Source: Nitrospirota bacterium
GTDB lineage: Bacteria > Nitrospirota > UBA9217
NCBI GenBank assembly: GCA_963737155.1
Contig: CAVTRN010000002.1
Coordinates: 64,001 to 128,000 of the forward strand
Direction of reading: 5' to 3'
DNA: 64,000 nucleotides
Shown here: piece by piece, positions 1-10,523 of the stretch
Layout: each line of letters opens with the position of its first letter
Numbering within the stretch: the stretch's first letter is position 1
Made by a program: the position numbers and the translations under genes
Notes under the pieces: model-generated
Told to the model about the DNA's origin: nothing
Databases searched by the model: none
Seen by the model: only the letters and a program-made list of their open reading frames with translations

Positions 1-50
1 GGAAATGTGCGCCGTCTGAGTTAATGGACATCTGGTAGAAAATTGCGTCT

Positions 51-308
51 CTAGTGAGCAGGACCCGTCACTGTAGCCACATTGTTCCGCACGAGGGAGT
101 ACAGATATGCCTTGCCGGCTCTCCGCTGCTGCACCGCGCCGAGATCGACTAGGGAGCCTAGAGCCTGAATTGCCCCCCGGTGACTGAGTCGCGCAAGCTC
201 TCCTACCTGCCTGCCGTTCAGGGGTTGCGGAGAGGTAAAAAGAACACGAAGGATGCGGATTTTCGCAGGACTGCCGAAGACGGATTCTAGTGTGTTGCGG
301 AACATCAT
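51..308 (-). pseudogene. Winged-HTH N-terminal fragment, probably of an HTH-nucleotidyltransferase antitoxin-like protein; appears 3'-truncated
   Basis: LESVFGSPAKIRILRVLF...LNGRQVGELARLSHRGAIQALGSLVDLGAV is wHTH-like; ORF stops right after the HTH. Confidence 0.5.
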
Positions 309-394
309 GCATGGATACTATACTATCCATAAGAATATGCCAAGTATCCATTGTCAATTTTCTACTACTGGATATATTCCCTGGCCCTTGCCTC

Positions 395-423
395 TTGACG
401 GAAGGGCGTGAACGGCATATAGT
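395..423 (+). promoter_or_regulatory. Sigma70-type promoter of the AbrB-PIN operon
   Basis: TTGACG-17 nt-TATAGT, followed by TCAGAATATCAGAAAATCA direct repeats (possible operator) and a GGAGG RBS. Confidence 0.55.
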
Positions 424-452
424 CAGAATATCAGAAAATCATATTTTCGGAG

Positions 453-731
453 GTGCCTATGCCCACAGTCCGCATTCGTGAGCGCGGCCAGGTAACCATA
501 CCTTCTTCCTATCGGAAGGACCTTGGCCTCGAAGAGAACGATTCCCTGAACGTGGTCAAGATCGATGAGATGCTCATCCTTACGCCGCGGAAACCCTTTG
601 GCGACGCCGTGGCCAGGAAAGTCGAAGCCGGCATGAAGCGCAAGGGGCTGACCATGGACGATCTTCTGGACAATCTGAAAGAGCAGCGCAAAAGGTATGC
701 TCGTGAGGCCTATGGCAAGGTCAAAGCCTAA
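453..731 (+). CDS. AbrB/MazE/SpoVT-family antitoxin
   Basis: VRIRERGQVTIPSSYRKDLGL swapped-hairpin motif; overlaps the PIN gene. Confidence 0.85.
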   Translation: MPMPTVRIRERGQVTIPSSYRKDLGLEENDSLNVVKIDEMLILTPRKPFGDAVARKVEAGMKRKGLTMDDLLDNLKEQRKRYAREAYGKVKA

Positions 732-1164
732 AGTCTTTCTGGATTCAAGCGCGCTCATCGCGGGGGTCGCCTCCTCAAAAGGCGCAGCCCGCGAGGTCCT
801 GCGTCTGGCGGAAATAAGGCTCATTGAAGCGATCGTGTCGCGCCAGGTGGTAGTAGAGGCCGACCGGAACATCACGGCGAAGCTCCCTGAATGGCTCGAT
901 GATTTCCGTGCCTATGTGGAAACGCTTGCTCCGGTACTTATCGAAGACCCTTCTGCCAGAGACGTCAAACGGTATTCTTTGCTTATCGATCCCGGCGATG
1001 CCCCGATCCTGGCTGCAGCGTCGGCGGCAGAGGCGGACTATCTTATCACCTGGGACAGAAAGCATTTTATGACGAAGGGGCCGCAGGCTCTCTCCCGTCC
1101 GAAAGTCATGACGCCGGGCGAGTTTCTGCAGGAACTCAGAACGTCGCTGAATGAGGGAGCATAA
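712..1164 (+). CDS. PIN-domain (VapC-like) toxin
   Basis: VFLDSSALIA, DPGDAPILAAA, ADYLITWDRKHF PIN acidic motifs; ATG at 712. Confidence 0.85.
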   Translation: MARSKPKVFLDSSALIAGVASSKGAAREVLRLAEIRLIEAIVSRQVVVEADRNITAKLPEWLDDFRAYVETLAPVLIEDPSARDVKRYSLLIDPGDAPILAAASAAEADYLITWDRKHFMTKGPQALSRPKVMTPGEFLQELRTSLNEGA

Positions 1165-1326
1165 CATTGCTTCAGCTTTTATAGCTACGCTGCTACTGTT
1201 GGTTCGTCCAAATGCTGGAACATCATAGAGATGTAATTTCTTTTTGTGACTTGCCCGGTGTTCCGGGAGACTTCATCGCGTATCCGGACCGGGAAAGCAA
1301 CAACCATATTCATATCATGATCTTCT

Positions 1327-1725
1327 TTGGGAGTAGAATATGTAAAATCGCTTATGTTTTTAACCATGTCGTTGAGATTGCTTCTGAAAAAAGCACCACT
1401 CACGACGGCATTCATACAAACAAGAGGATATCCGGTGATACAGGCAGAGATTCACAACAGGCTGAATGTCATCGACTTATCCGAGGAGGCCTCGTACCCT
1501 GACCTCGCTCGGAAAGAGGATGTACTAACAAGCAACGTCTTTGGTATCCTCAAGAATTTCGACGTCAAGATTCTCAACAAGCTCCTGGAGGTCGCCAAGG
1601 TTCCTGTCAAGCTTAGCTACAACGACTTCTGCCTTGAATTTTGTCCCACTTTGTCGATGGTACTTAGCTTTGTGAGCGAAAACGAATTTGAGTACGATTT
1701 CGATCATATTGTTCTCGGCCTGTAA
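1327..1725 (+). CDS. Hypothetical protein, possibly a degraded fragment
   Basis: ORF with RKEDVLTSNVFGILK; no clear family. Confidence 0.3.
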   Translation: MGVEYVKSLMFLTMSLRLLLKKAPLTTAFIQTRGYPVIQAEIHNRLNVIDLSEEASYPDLARKEDVLTSNVFGILKNFDVKILNKLLEVAKVPVKLSYNDFCLEFCPTLSMVLSFVSENEFEYDFDHIVLGL

Positions 1726-2067
1726 CTTCAATTTTTTTATTCTGCTTTTTTATTTCCCTATAAGAATTGGCCGATTCCGTTTAATCCACGAACTTAATCC
1801 GACAAATCGACATTCATTCCGACGAATCTTCTGGGTCGCGTCGCTTCTATCGATGATCACATAATACAGCATGTATTTCTCATTTTATGATATAGTTTTA
1901 TGTCATTTGGCCCCGATTGCCCACGGCGTATATACGGAAGCGTTCGTACTTCATGAAGGCGTTAAGCGCTGGACCTTTCAACATTGAAAGTTTCATATCG
2001 AATCTTTGTTCTAAACGACGTTGAATGTTTCTGACCTTGTTACTCGGAGTTCTGTGGCTGAATACCA

Positions 2068-2820
2068 ATGAGTATGATTAAATTTCCTCTTCTTTTCGTA
2101 GCAGGTCTTGTTGCTGGGCTTATTGACGCCATGGCAGGAGGCGGTGGGATCATTACCATTCCCGTGCTGTTAGGCATAGGTATGCAGCCCCAGATAGCAC
2201 TCGGAACGAACAAGCTCCAGAGCACTTTCGGCTCGGGAAGCGCCATGCTGCATTTTACCAAAGCCGGCGCTGTGGACATCCGGGATTGCGTGGCAGGAAT
2301 CGTCTGGACCGCGTCTGGCGCTGCGGTCGGTACTATGGCTGTGCAGATGCTCGACCCGTCCTTTCTCCGCCGGGCAATTCCTGTCTCGCTCATCGCCATT
2401 GCCCTGTTCATGCTTTTCTCGCCCCATCTTGGCATTGCGGATGTCCGCGAACGGATGCGAAAGAATTCATTCTTCGCCCTATTCGGCTTGCTAATCGGGT
2501 TCTACGACGGCTTTTTTGGGCCTGCGTCTGGCACCTTCTGGGCCATGGTGTTCGTACTCTTTCTTGGGTTCAATTTGACACGCGCCACTGCTTACACCAA
2601 GGTAATGAACTTTACGAGCAACCTGGTCTCGCTAGTCTTCTTCCTGGGAGGTGGATTCGTATCTCTTCCTGTGGGGATCGTCATGGGACTAGGGCAGTTC
2701 GCAGGCGCGCGCATCGGATCGCGCTTGGTCATGAGCAAAGGCAGCCGCTTCATCCGGCCGGTTTTCATCGCCATGGTTCTTGCTGTCAGCGTAAAGCTCC
2801 TGTGGCAGAATTTTCGGTAA
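2068..2820 (+). CDS. TSUP/TauE-SafE (YfcA-like) membrane transporter
   Basis: GLIDAMAGGGGIITIP, ALGTNKLQ, IGFYDGFFGP motifs; hydrophobic 250 aa. Confidence 0.9.
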   Translation: MSMIKFPLLFVAGLVAGLIDAMAGGGGIITIPVLLGIGMQPQIALGTNKLQSTFGSGSAMLHFTKAGAVDIRDCVAGIVWTASGAAVGTMAVQMLDPSFLRRAIPVSLIAIALFMLFSPHLGIADVRERMRKNSFFALFGLLIGFYDGFFGPASGTFWAMVFVLFLGFNLTRATAYTKVMNFTSNLVSLVFFLGGGFVSLPVGIVMGLGQFAGARIGSRLVMSKGSRFIRPVFIAMVLAVSVKLLWQNFR

Positions 2821-2948
2821 GGGATGCGTAAACTCACTGAAGGGCGTTCAGAAAGTTGATGCGGTCTTGATTGCTCTTGGAGACGGTTATTTTTATTGCT
2901 GCGAGAGTCGATGAGGTTCTGCCTGAGCTGCACCCCTGAGTTTGGGCG

Positions 2949-2992
2949 GTCAGGTCTACAACCCGAATGTCATCGGTTCAAATCGGGCCCCC
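2949..2992 (+). pseudogene. Degenerate 3' half of an initiator tRNA-Met (possible old att remnant)
   Basis: GTCAGGTCTACAACCCGAATGTCATCGGTTCAAATCGGGCCCCC matches the E. coli tRNA-fMet 3' half (recalled sequence) at about 36/44; anticodon destroyed, no 5' half. Confidence 0.55.
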
Positions 2993-3027
2993 TTTATGCA
3001 CTGAACAATGAGGCCAGTGAGCTTTTA

Positions 3028-3273
3028 TTATCGACTGTCGCAAACAACTTGCCAAGCACTCTTTTGATGGCGAGAAGAGTACCAGTCAACAAGCTGACGT
3101 ATCATTTTTTGATACGATGTGTGATGCCTCTTGGCCTCTTTATTAAAGAATTCAACACTCGACTTTTTTAGAGCAAGCGTTACCTTGACATTGTCTTCTT
3201 TAAGTACCAACTGATCCGGTGGTGGCAGAAAATCGTTTATTACTTTCAATTTACCCATCGGTTCATCGGTGTA
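3028..3273 (-). pseudogene. CopG/RHH-like antitoxin, 5'-truncated
   Basis: YTDEPMGKLKVINDFLPPPDQLVLKEDNVKVTLAL...YQKMIRQLVD; in-frame TGA directly before YTDEP, at a site junction. Confidence 0.6.
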
Positions 3274-3345
3274 TCACCTAACCCATTTATCAGTTTGACA
3301 GACTGGTTGGGCAGTCTCGCCATTTCTCTCTATTTTCTGAATTAC

Positions 3346-4713
3346 TCAAAAAATAGCCCGTCCCTGTTTCTTGCCTTCTTTTAAATTGGCACTATCATTT
3401 AGTCCAGTCATCAGTCGCAGCGGCCGAACATTTGGCTGCGACGTCTTTTGCCATTTATAATGGAATGCCAAGTTTAGCGGCAACGTCCACCATAAATGGG
3501 CTGGTGACCGCGATAAGCGTTTTGCTATGCTTGTAAGTGAATAAAAACGCGCATTCGCATACCGAAAGCCAGCTAATAGTTCTGCTACGTTCATCCGCTT
3601 TGGTTGATAAACCACATCTCCACGACTATTATATTTGCTCCAGTCTCGCGTTAATATGCGTCCCTCGGCTTCCATATTTTGAAAAAGCGGGGTACCGGGA
3701 AATGGCGTTAGGATGTTGAAGGTTGCGTTCTCGACCCCCATTTTTTCCAAAAAATCGAGGGTATCCTCGAAAATCTCCGGTGAATCATGATCAAATCCAA
3801 AAACAGTTCCTGCTTGCACAGCAATTCCGTGCGCATGGATTCGTTCAATAATCTGGCTATACTCCTCCACCCGATTAAACCCCTTATTAACATCAGTCAT
3901 GCTTTTTTGGGAGATTGATTCCAACCCCAGAAACAATTGCTTGCATCCGCTCTGCGCTGCAGCCTCCAAAAAGTCATCATCTCGACCGGCATGAACACTC
4001 GCTTGACTACTCCACCACTTACGATATGGAGCTATGGCGCGAAACAATTTTTTTGCGTACTCCGTATCACCGGCAATGTTATCATCCCAAAAAATAATTA
4101 TTTTCCCCTTGAAAGAAGCATATTCTGCCGCGACCTCCTCTATCGGGCGCTTGCGCAGCTTATGTCGATACATGACAGCAATGGTACAGAAGTCACATTG
4201 GCCAGGACATCCCCGGGTCGCGAATAAGACTCCATTGGTATAGTCATGTCTGTGAAATAGATCCTTGCGGGCCATGGGAATGTTTTCAAGAGACAACACG
4301 CCGGTTTGTTGATACAGGCAAAGATACGATCCCGCTTCAAAGCCTTTTAAGAAATCTTCCCATAAACCCTCTGCTTCCCCGATAAATATCACATCTGCGT
4401 ATTGACTGGCCTCTTCTGGCAGCAGCGTTACATGCGGACCGCCCATCACTACACATATTCCCCGTGACCTAAAACGTTTGGCGATATTATAGGCATGAAA
4501 TGCACTTGGAGTATGAAATGTAATTCCAACCACATCTATGTTGATGTTCCAATCAAATTTATCCGCTTCTTCATCGACGTGAATCACCTCCCAGCCCGGT
4601 GGAACTCTAGCGGCCAGATAGGGCATGGTAATCTGTTGAAAGTTGAGGACTCGTGATCGCCTCACTCTCCGTATTTCCGGCGCAGAAGCCGTTATCAACA
4701 GCAGCTTTGGCAT
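3346..4713 (-). CDS. B12-binding-domain radical SAM protein
   Basis: CxxxCxxC (RGCPGQCDFC), VVMGGPHVTL, GEAE; likely ATG at 4713. Confidence 0.9.
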   Translation of the reverse strand: MPKLLLITASAPEIRRVRRSRVLNFQQITMPYLAARVPPGWEVIHVDEEADKFDWNINIDVVGITFHTPSAFHAYNIAKRFRSRGICVVMGGPHVTLLPEEASQYADVIFIGEAEGLWEDFLKGFEAGSYLCLYQQTGVLSLENIPMARKDLFHRHDYTNGVLFATRGCPGQCDFCTIAVMYRHKLRKRPIEEVAAEYASFKGKIIIFWDDNIAGDTEYAKKLFRAIAPYRKWWSSQASVHAGRDDDFLEAAAQSGCKQLFLGLESISQKSMTDVNKGFNRVEEYSQIIERIHAHGIAVQAGTVFGFDHDSPEIFEDTLDFLEKMGVENATFNILTPFPGTPLFQNMEAEGRILTRDWSKYNSRGDVVYQPKRMNVAELLAGFRYANARFYSLTSIAKRLSRSPAHLWWTLPLNLAFHYKWQKTSQPNVRPLRLMTGLNDSANLKEGKKQGRAIF

Positions 4714-4999
4714 GTTTACTATAGAGTTGTCCAACCAGTTATTATCGAAACGGATACCATCACAATCAGAACGATTATCCGGCGTTAACGTGTTTAGCAA
4801 TGAATATGCTAAAGAGATCAAGAAATTACGCAGAAGTATAAGCCTGATCTAAAATGATGTCAACGAGAGAGGCGAGATTGTCGATACTTACAAGTATCGA
4901 ATGCAGGTTGACTTATAGCCTGATGAGTCTGTTAACTACATCGGGTAACGATGTCCTGATATTGACAATTACAGGTTGATACTTGATGTGTTTTAACGA

Positions 5000-5170
5000 A
5001 TGGAAGCCACAACAGCTCAGGAAGTTTTTGTTGCCAGTAAAACCATCATCGTCATAATATCCAAAATTAAAAAAAGATTTTTTCACCTTCCTCGCAATTC
5101 TGGCCATCCGGCCTTCACCTACAATCTTGCAGCCATGTTGACAATAAATCTATGAAGAATACGGGTTCAA
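5000..5170 (+). repeat. Boundary repeat copy A (arm 5000-5113 plus 57-bp core 5114-5170)
   Basis: TGGAAG...CAGGAAG arm; core TTCACCTACAATCTTGCAGCCATGTTGACAATAAATCTATGAAGAATACGGGTTCAA. Confidence 0.85.
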
Positions 5171-5217
5171 ACTTTATACGAAAAAAAATAACCAGCGTGG
5201 CGCGATGGGTTAGATCC

Positions 5218-5464
5218 TTATACTCGCTTGATGAAGCGTAAGGCGAAAATGATCACAATCGCGCCGATGGTTGCAACGATAATTGCGCCGAGTAGACCCC
5301 CACCCAAGGAAACACCAAATGAGCGAAACAGAAAGTCCCCCAAGCAATGCGCCTACCACGCTCACGACGATGTCGCCGATGACACCGAAGCCGCCACCCT
5401 TTATGAGCTGTCCCGCTAGCAACTCAGCCACCAAACCAATCAAGATGAACCAAATAAATTCCAT
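5218..5464 (-). pseudogene. GlsB/YeaQ/YmgE (transglycosylase-associated) membrane protein, frameshifted copy
   Basis: MEFIWFILIGLVAELLAGQLIKGGGFGVIGDIVV then frameshift; paralog of 13967-14212. Confidence 0.8.
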
Positions 5465-5778
5465 AATTATTCCGCTTCTACGATATTCGCTTCTTGCTTT
5501 AAGTATGTTGCCTCTTAGCGCTGTGAGGAGGGAGTTTCGATGAATTATTTGCACCGCGTATTTGAATGCTTTGCTCTATCTTGACCATCTGAGGTTGTTC
5601 ACCCTGAGGGGCAAGTCAGATATATTAATCGATGCGCACCGAGTATGATCCGCTTTACGTCGTCTCTTTCATGGATACAGTTCGAAGTTAAAGTGTTACA
5701 AAGAATGGATATTTCGCGAGAGGAAGTAATGCATATGGAACGTTTCGAAAAGCAATTTATTATCCTTCCTTAATTCCC

Positions 5779-6336
5779 TCACTTTACCAACGCATAGTTC
5801 AAAAGAACATTCCCGTTTCCAAAAACACGCGTCTTTGTTAGCTTAAGAGAGAATCGGTCTTTCACTCCTTCGAACATAGTCTTTCCCTTTCCAATAACGA
5901 TTGGATTCAGCAGGATTTGGTATTCATCGATTAATCGATCCTGCGCCAATTGCGACACAATGCTGCCACTTCCGAGCACGGTTAGGTCCTTTCCCGACTC
6001 CTGCTTCAGCTTTCGGATTTCCGTCAACATATTATCCTTCACCAGTCTCGTATTATTCCAATCAGCCTTGGTCAGAGTCCGAGAAAAGACGATTTTTTCA
6101 GCCTTGTTCATTCCTTGGGCCACGATTGGATCATTCTTGATAGCTTCTGATGTAGGCCAATAGCTCACCATGAGCTCGTACGTGACGCGGCCGAATAAGA
6201 GCGTATTACCAGAATTCGAGGCCATTTCTGCCAGTTCCTGGAACTCCTCATCCACATTATGCCAAGAGATGTCGCCTCCTTGGCCAGCAAAATAGCCGTC
6301 CAGTGTGACCAGATTGAATACAATTAATTTTCGCAT
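5779..6336 (-). CDS. Dihydrofolate reductase-like (RibD C-terminal) protein
   Basis: MRKLIVFNLVTLDGYF, LLFGRVTYE, GSGSIVSQL, LIDEY, PIVIGKGK. Confidence 0.9.
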   Translation of the reverse strand: MRKLIVFNLVTLDGYFAGQGGDISWHNVDEEFQELAEMASNSGNTLLFGRVTYELMVSYWPTSEAIKNDPIVAQGMNKAEKIVFSRTLTKADWNNTRLVKDNMLTEIRKLKQESGKDLTVLGSGSIVSQLAQDRLIDEYQILLNPIVIGKGKTMFEGVKDRFSLKLTKTRVFGNGNVLLNYALVK

Positions 6337-8093
6337 GAATATCACCTCTAAAAAAAATGTTGGGCACACGATTATTCCGAGCACCAGGGACGCGAGTAGC
6401 TTTAGGCATTAATGCGGACAATCTACGGTTGCAGCTCTATATTGATTCTATTTCGCAAATTGACAAGTATAAAATAAAGATACAGTCAATAATAAAAAAA
6501 CTGCTATGCTGACACCAGTGACCCCTGCTCCTTGTATCTCACTTTACACAGTTCTTATCCTCTTTCCCAGCGTGAAATAAATCGTTGCCCCTTTTCCAAC
6601 CTCTCCCTCCGCCCAGACCCTTCCTTCGTGGCGGCGAACAATCCGTTCAACGATGGTGAGGCCAATTCCCGTTCCTTGAAACTCTTTTTCGGAATGAAAT
6701 CGCTCGAAGGGTCGAAACATCCTCTCGGCATAGGCAGGAACGAACCCGGCGCCGTTATCTTTGACAAAATAAATATTCTGTCCGTCGTTTACCGTAGCAC
6801 CGAACTCGATGAGAACATTCTCGGTCTTCGAGGTAAATTTCCAGGCGTTATCAAACAGATTGGTAAGCGCTATCTTCATTAGGCTGGGATCAACAAGGGC
6901 GCGCAGGCCTTCAGCGATTATCGTATCGACGTTTCTCGCAGGATTGGTATCGCGGAGGGTGGCTACAACGTCGGATGCGAGACTGCTCAGATCACAATCC
7001 ATACGATCAATATCCTTACGTGATATACGAGACAGCCGAAGGAGATCCTCGATGAGCTGGCTCATCCGGTCCGAACCGTTCATGATGCGGGTAAGATAAT
7101 CTCTGCCCTCCGTATCGAGCTTGTCCGCATAGCCTTCAAACACAATTTCAGAGAAGCGCGATACTGCTCGAAGGGGAGCTCTCAAGTCATGGGAGACGGA
7201 GTAGGTGAAGGCTTCGAGCTCTCTGTTGGCAGCGTCCAGTTCAGCAATCTGGCTCTTCAATTGCTCGTTAAGCACCCTTATCTGTTCCTCCGCCTTCTTT
7301 CGTTCGGTAATGTCCCTGACAAGCTCAATGCCCGCGATGATTTTACCGCTGGCATCACGTATGGGTGACGCAGTATTTTCATAATATAGAACACCCTTAT
7401 CGGAGGACACCTTTCTTTCTGCCGTATGAATTTGTCCATCTTTGAAAGATAACTCAACGGGGCATCCCCTGCATACATGATCAATTCCCTGGAATGCCTT
7501 ATAGCAAATTTCTCCGACATGATTTCCTACGATATTTGTCACGATTTCATTTTGATACATTAACCTGTAGTTCGTATCACGAATTGTGATGCCTTCACCA
7601 ATCGCTTTAATAATTGCCTCGGATTTCAACCTCTCCTCTTCCGTTATTTTCATCGATTCTTGCAGACTTATTTCACAAAGCTTGCGTTTGGTAATATCAC
7701 GCCATATTGAATGCAAAACTACGCGGTCGGAGAAAGACAACGCTTGAGTAATGACATGAATATCTCTGATTTCCCCCGTCTTAGTTTTGAGTTTGACCTC
7801 AAGCTCAGCGCTCCCGATGCCTATGATTTTCTTGATACTATTCAGCACCTCTTCTGGGCTTTCAACAGATTCGATGTCGGCTATACGGAGATTTTTAAAT
7901 TCCACTCGTGAGTAGCCGAGCTGTCGGTGGGCAGCATCATTGAATGCAATAAACTGCCCCTTCGTATCAATGATTAAAATACCGTCAGGGGATTGGTTGA
8001 ATACGGTTTGATATAGTAGTTCTGCCCCGGGGAGCTTTTCTTCTGGTCTTTGCTTTTCGTTTTTTATCCGTTTTACTCCTTCACCGTTGATCT

Positions 8094-9617
8094 CAGGTTA
8101 TACTGTTTTTAGTTGAAATTGAAAAGAGTGGCTCCCCCGTGGCATAATCCACGGTAGAGAGAGAAAAAAGAAAGGAGCCACTCAATGAAGGATACCACAA
8201 GGAAGAGAAAAAAGGCAATACGAGGAATTGAAGAGGCATACGGAAGGCGGGAGATCATCGAACAGATGTATTGTGTCTTCGCAAAAGGGAAACAGGGTTT
8301 TGATGAATGCATGAAGGAAATGGGCAGAATGATGGCAGAGACGATCATGTACATCGAGCGGGAGGAGATTGCCGGCCCCGACTACCAGCCTAACAGTCCC
8401 GATCTGCGGAAGTGGGCTAGCCAGGGCGGTTCCGTCTATATCGGCGATCAGAAGATCCCGGTGACCCACCCTCGGCTTCGAGGTCCGGCGGGTGAGATTG
8501 TACTGCAGAGCTATCAGAAGATGAAAAAACCGGAAGTCTTCGCAGAAGAATTGCTTGGAAAGGTGCTTCGGGGCATATCATGCCGGAAGTATGCGGAGAC
8601 AGTTGTAGATACGGCACGAGCATTTGGAGTGTCCGCCAGCACGGTATCGAGCCATATCGTCGCGGCAACAGCAAAACAGCTTCAGGAGTTTAAGGAACGG
8701 TCACTCACGTCATTCGTTCCCTTTGCGGTCTTTTTAGACACTGTTCACCGCGGCGGAGAGGCATTCATCGTGGCGCTGGGGCTTGATATTGCCGGAAAGA
8801 AGCAGACATTGGGGTTCTGGCAGGGGGCGACGGAGAACCATGAACTGTGTGAAGAGCTGTTTTCTGATATAGAGCGGCGGGGTCTGATACTTTCACGACG
8901 AATCATCTGGGTTACCGATGGCGGCAAGGGCGTAATCAAGGCACTCCGGGATCGCTTCGGTAAGAAACTCATCCATCAGCGGTGCACGATCCACAAGGAC
9001 CGGAATATACAGCATCATTTGCCGAAGAAATACCGGAAAGGCGCACACTGGAGGTTCCGGACAGCCCTGGAGCAGAATAATTACGCGGACGCTCGTCAGA
9101 TGCTTCTGGACATGGAGAAATGGCTTCGGGGCATTAATGAGTCGGCGGCTGATTCGCTCATGGAAGCGATAGAAGACATTCTCACCCTTCATCGATTGAA
9201 GGTCCCCGCTCTCTTGAGGAAGACGTTGCATTCTACCAATCCTATCGAGAGCATGTTTTCCACGGTGAGAAAAGCAGAAGGCAATATAAAGCGCTACCGC
9301 GACAGCAAGATGATGCAGCGCTGGCTCGCTTCTGTCCTCTTATATGCTGAACAAGGATTCAGAAAGATCAAGGGCCACGCCTTCATCGCGGACGTGATGA
9401 AACGGATCGAAGCGGAAGAATTAAATGACCTAACAGTCAAAGAGGCTGCGTAAAGGGGGATGGTTAGGTATGGCTCGGCCTCAGAAAACTCACATATGGC
9501 GATCCTACGAATCCGATTTTATAAACAGCGATGATTTACACCGTTGAACCGATAAAAATACTTTAGCCGAAGGGAACGGGCCACTCAGATAATTTCAACT
9601 AAAAGCTTGACCTCGTC
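8094..9617 (+). mobile_element. IS256-family insertion sequence, copy 1 (1524 bp)
   Basis: Imperfect IRs sharing TTTTAGTTGAAATT; flanking DR GTTGATCT (8086-8093 and 9618-9625); near-identical copy at 55450. Confidence 0.95.
8185..9453 (+). CDS. IS256-family (Mutator-like) DDE transposase
   Basis: VFLD, VTDGGKG, QRCTIHK, STNPIES motifs. Confidence 0.95.
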   Translation: MKDTTRKRKKAIRGIEEAYGRREIIEQMYCVFAKGKQGFDECMKEMGRMMAETIMYIEREEIAGPDYQPNSPDLRKWASQGGSVYIGDQKIPVTHPRLRGPAGEIVLQSYQKMKKPEVFAEELLGKVLRGISCRKYAETVVDTARAFGVSASTVSSHIVAATAKQLQEFKERSLTSFVPFAVFLDTVHRGGEAFIVALGLDIAGKKQTLGFWQGATENHELCEELFSDIERRGLILSRRIIWVTDGGKGVIKALRDRFGKKLIHQRCTIHKDRNIQHHLPKKYRKGAHWRFRTALEQNNYADARQMLLDMEKWLRGINESAADSLMEAIEDILTLHRLKVPALLRKTLHSTNPIESMFSTVRKAEGNIKRYRDSKMMQRWLASVLLYAEQGFRKIKGHAFIADVMKRIEAEELNDLTVKEAA

Positions 9618-10095
9618 GTTGATCTTCACCATAAACTTCCTCCCGTTCGATGCTGAATAATAAATCATACGGCTGAACTTGAAGCAACCGAAAAGGAAAA
9701 CGAATACCGTTCGAAACATGGTATTGAAGAATCTCAATCTGCGACGTTAATTTCACAAGTACATTCGCGCCACAACTTCCCCAAAGTTTCACGTGAGGTA
9801 CGGCAAGCCCTGCAAGCTGCTGACGTAATCCATCACATTAAATGGAGGACGATAGTAATCTGTGGGCGCCCTAATGCTGAACAGATCAAAATCGCCGGGA
9901 TCTGGAGGTTCTTGAGGTTCCATAGTGTGATTTGATATCTAGCCTCGCGGAAGCCTGTATTTATGCTTGAGAAAAACAAGCAATCGACACTTTTTTTACA
10001 TTTCCGACTGAGGCAAAACAAATCAATTCGCTGCGTCTCCCAACAACACCTGAAGAGCTACCCGCAATAAGTTGTAGTATTGACATTATTGACTA

Positions 10096-10146
10096 AAATA
10101 AAAAAGCCGAGCAGATCGAAAGAATTTATCCTTCGGCAGCTCGGCT
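10096..10146 (-). terminator. Intrinsic terminator forming the riboswitch expression platform
   Basis: Minus strand GCCGAGC...GCTCGGC followed by TTTTTTATTTT; overlaps the aptamer 3' strand. Confidence 0.7.
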
Positions 10147-10212
10147 GTCTTGGTCTTATAAGACCCGTGGCTTTCCGTCCCCCTCTCGCGAAGGGTTTGG
10201 CTTTTATCGGGG
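10128..10212 (-). ncRNA. c-di-GMP-I (GEMM-I) riboswitch aptamer
   Basis: Minus strand AAAGCCAAACCCTTCGCGAGAGGGGGACGGAAAGCCACGGGTCT...AGACAGCCGAGCTGCCGAA fits the GEMM-I consensus. Confidence 0.9.
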
Positions 10213-10523
10213 TTTATCTATTAACGGACAGTGGGGGATAAGTAATTACAATATAGCAGAGATCAAGTGTGAGCGCAGATAATAAATGGGGTATTTTGAG
10301 GGCATCTCATGAAATGATTAAAAAAGTGGCAGGCGTAAATGACATGATTACGAGATGAAGATTTGATGTTTCAACTGATTGCAACTTCAACAAGTGCAGG
10401 AAGGAACCCGCGATATTCTATATGAACCAAAATTCTTTTCTTCATCCGGAACATATTAAGCCTCAACGATAAAGACAACTCAGCTGATTCCACTCGTAGA
10501 GTTATTATTTGTTAGTATGGTAA

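Larger units (their letters stand above)
6544..9632 (-). pseudogene. PAS-PAS sensor histidine kinase interrupted near its start by IS256
   Basis: H-box FTYSVSHDLRAPLR, N/G1/F/G2 boxes; frame open to 8093; removing the IS and one DR restores GGAGG-ATG(9632) MVKINGEGVKR... Confidence 0.85.
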
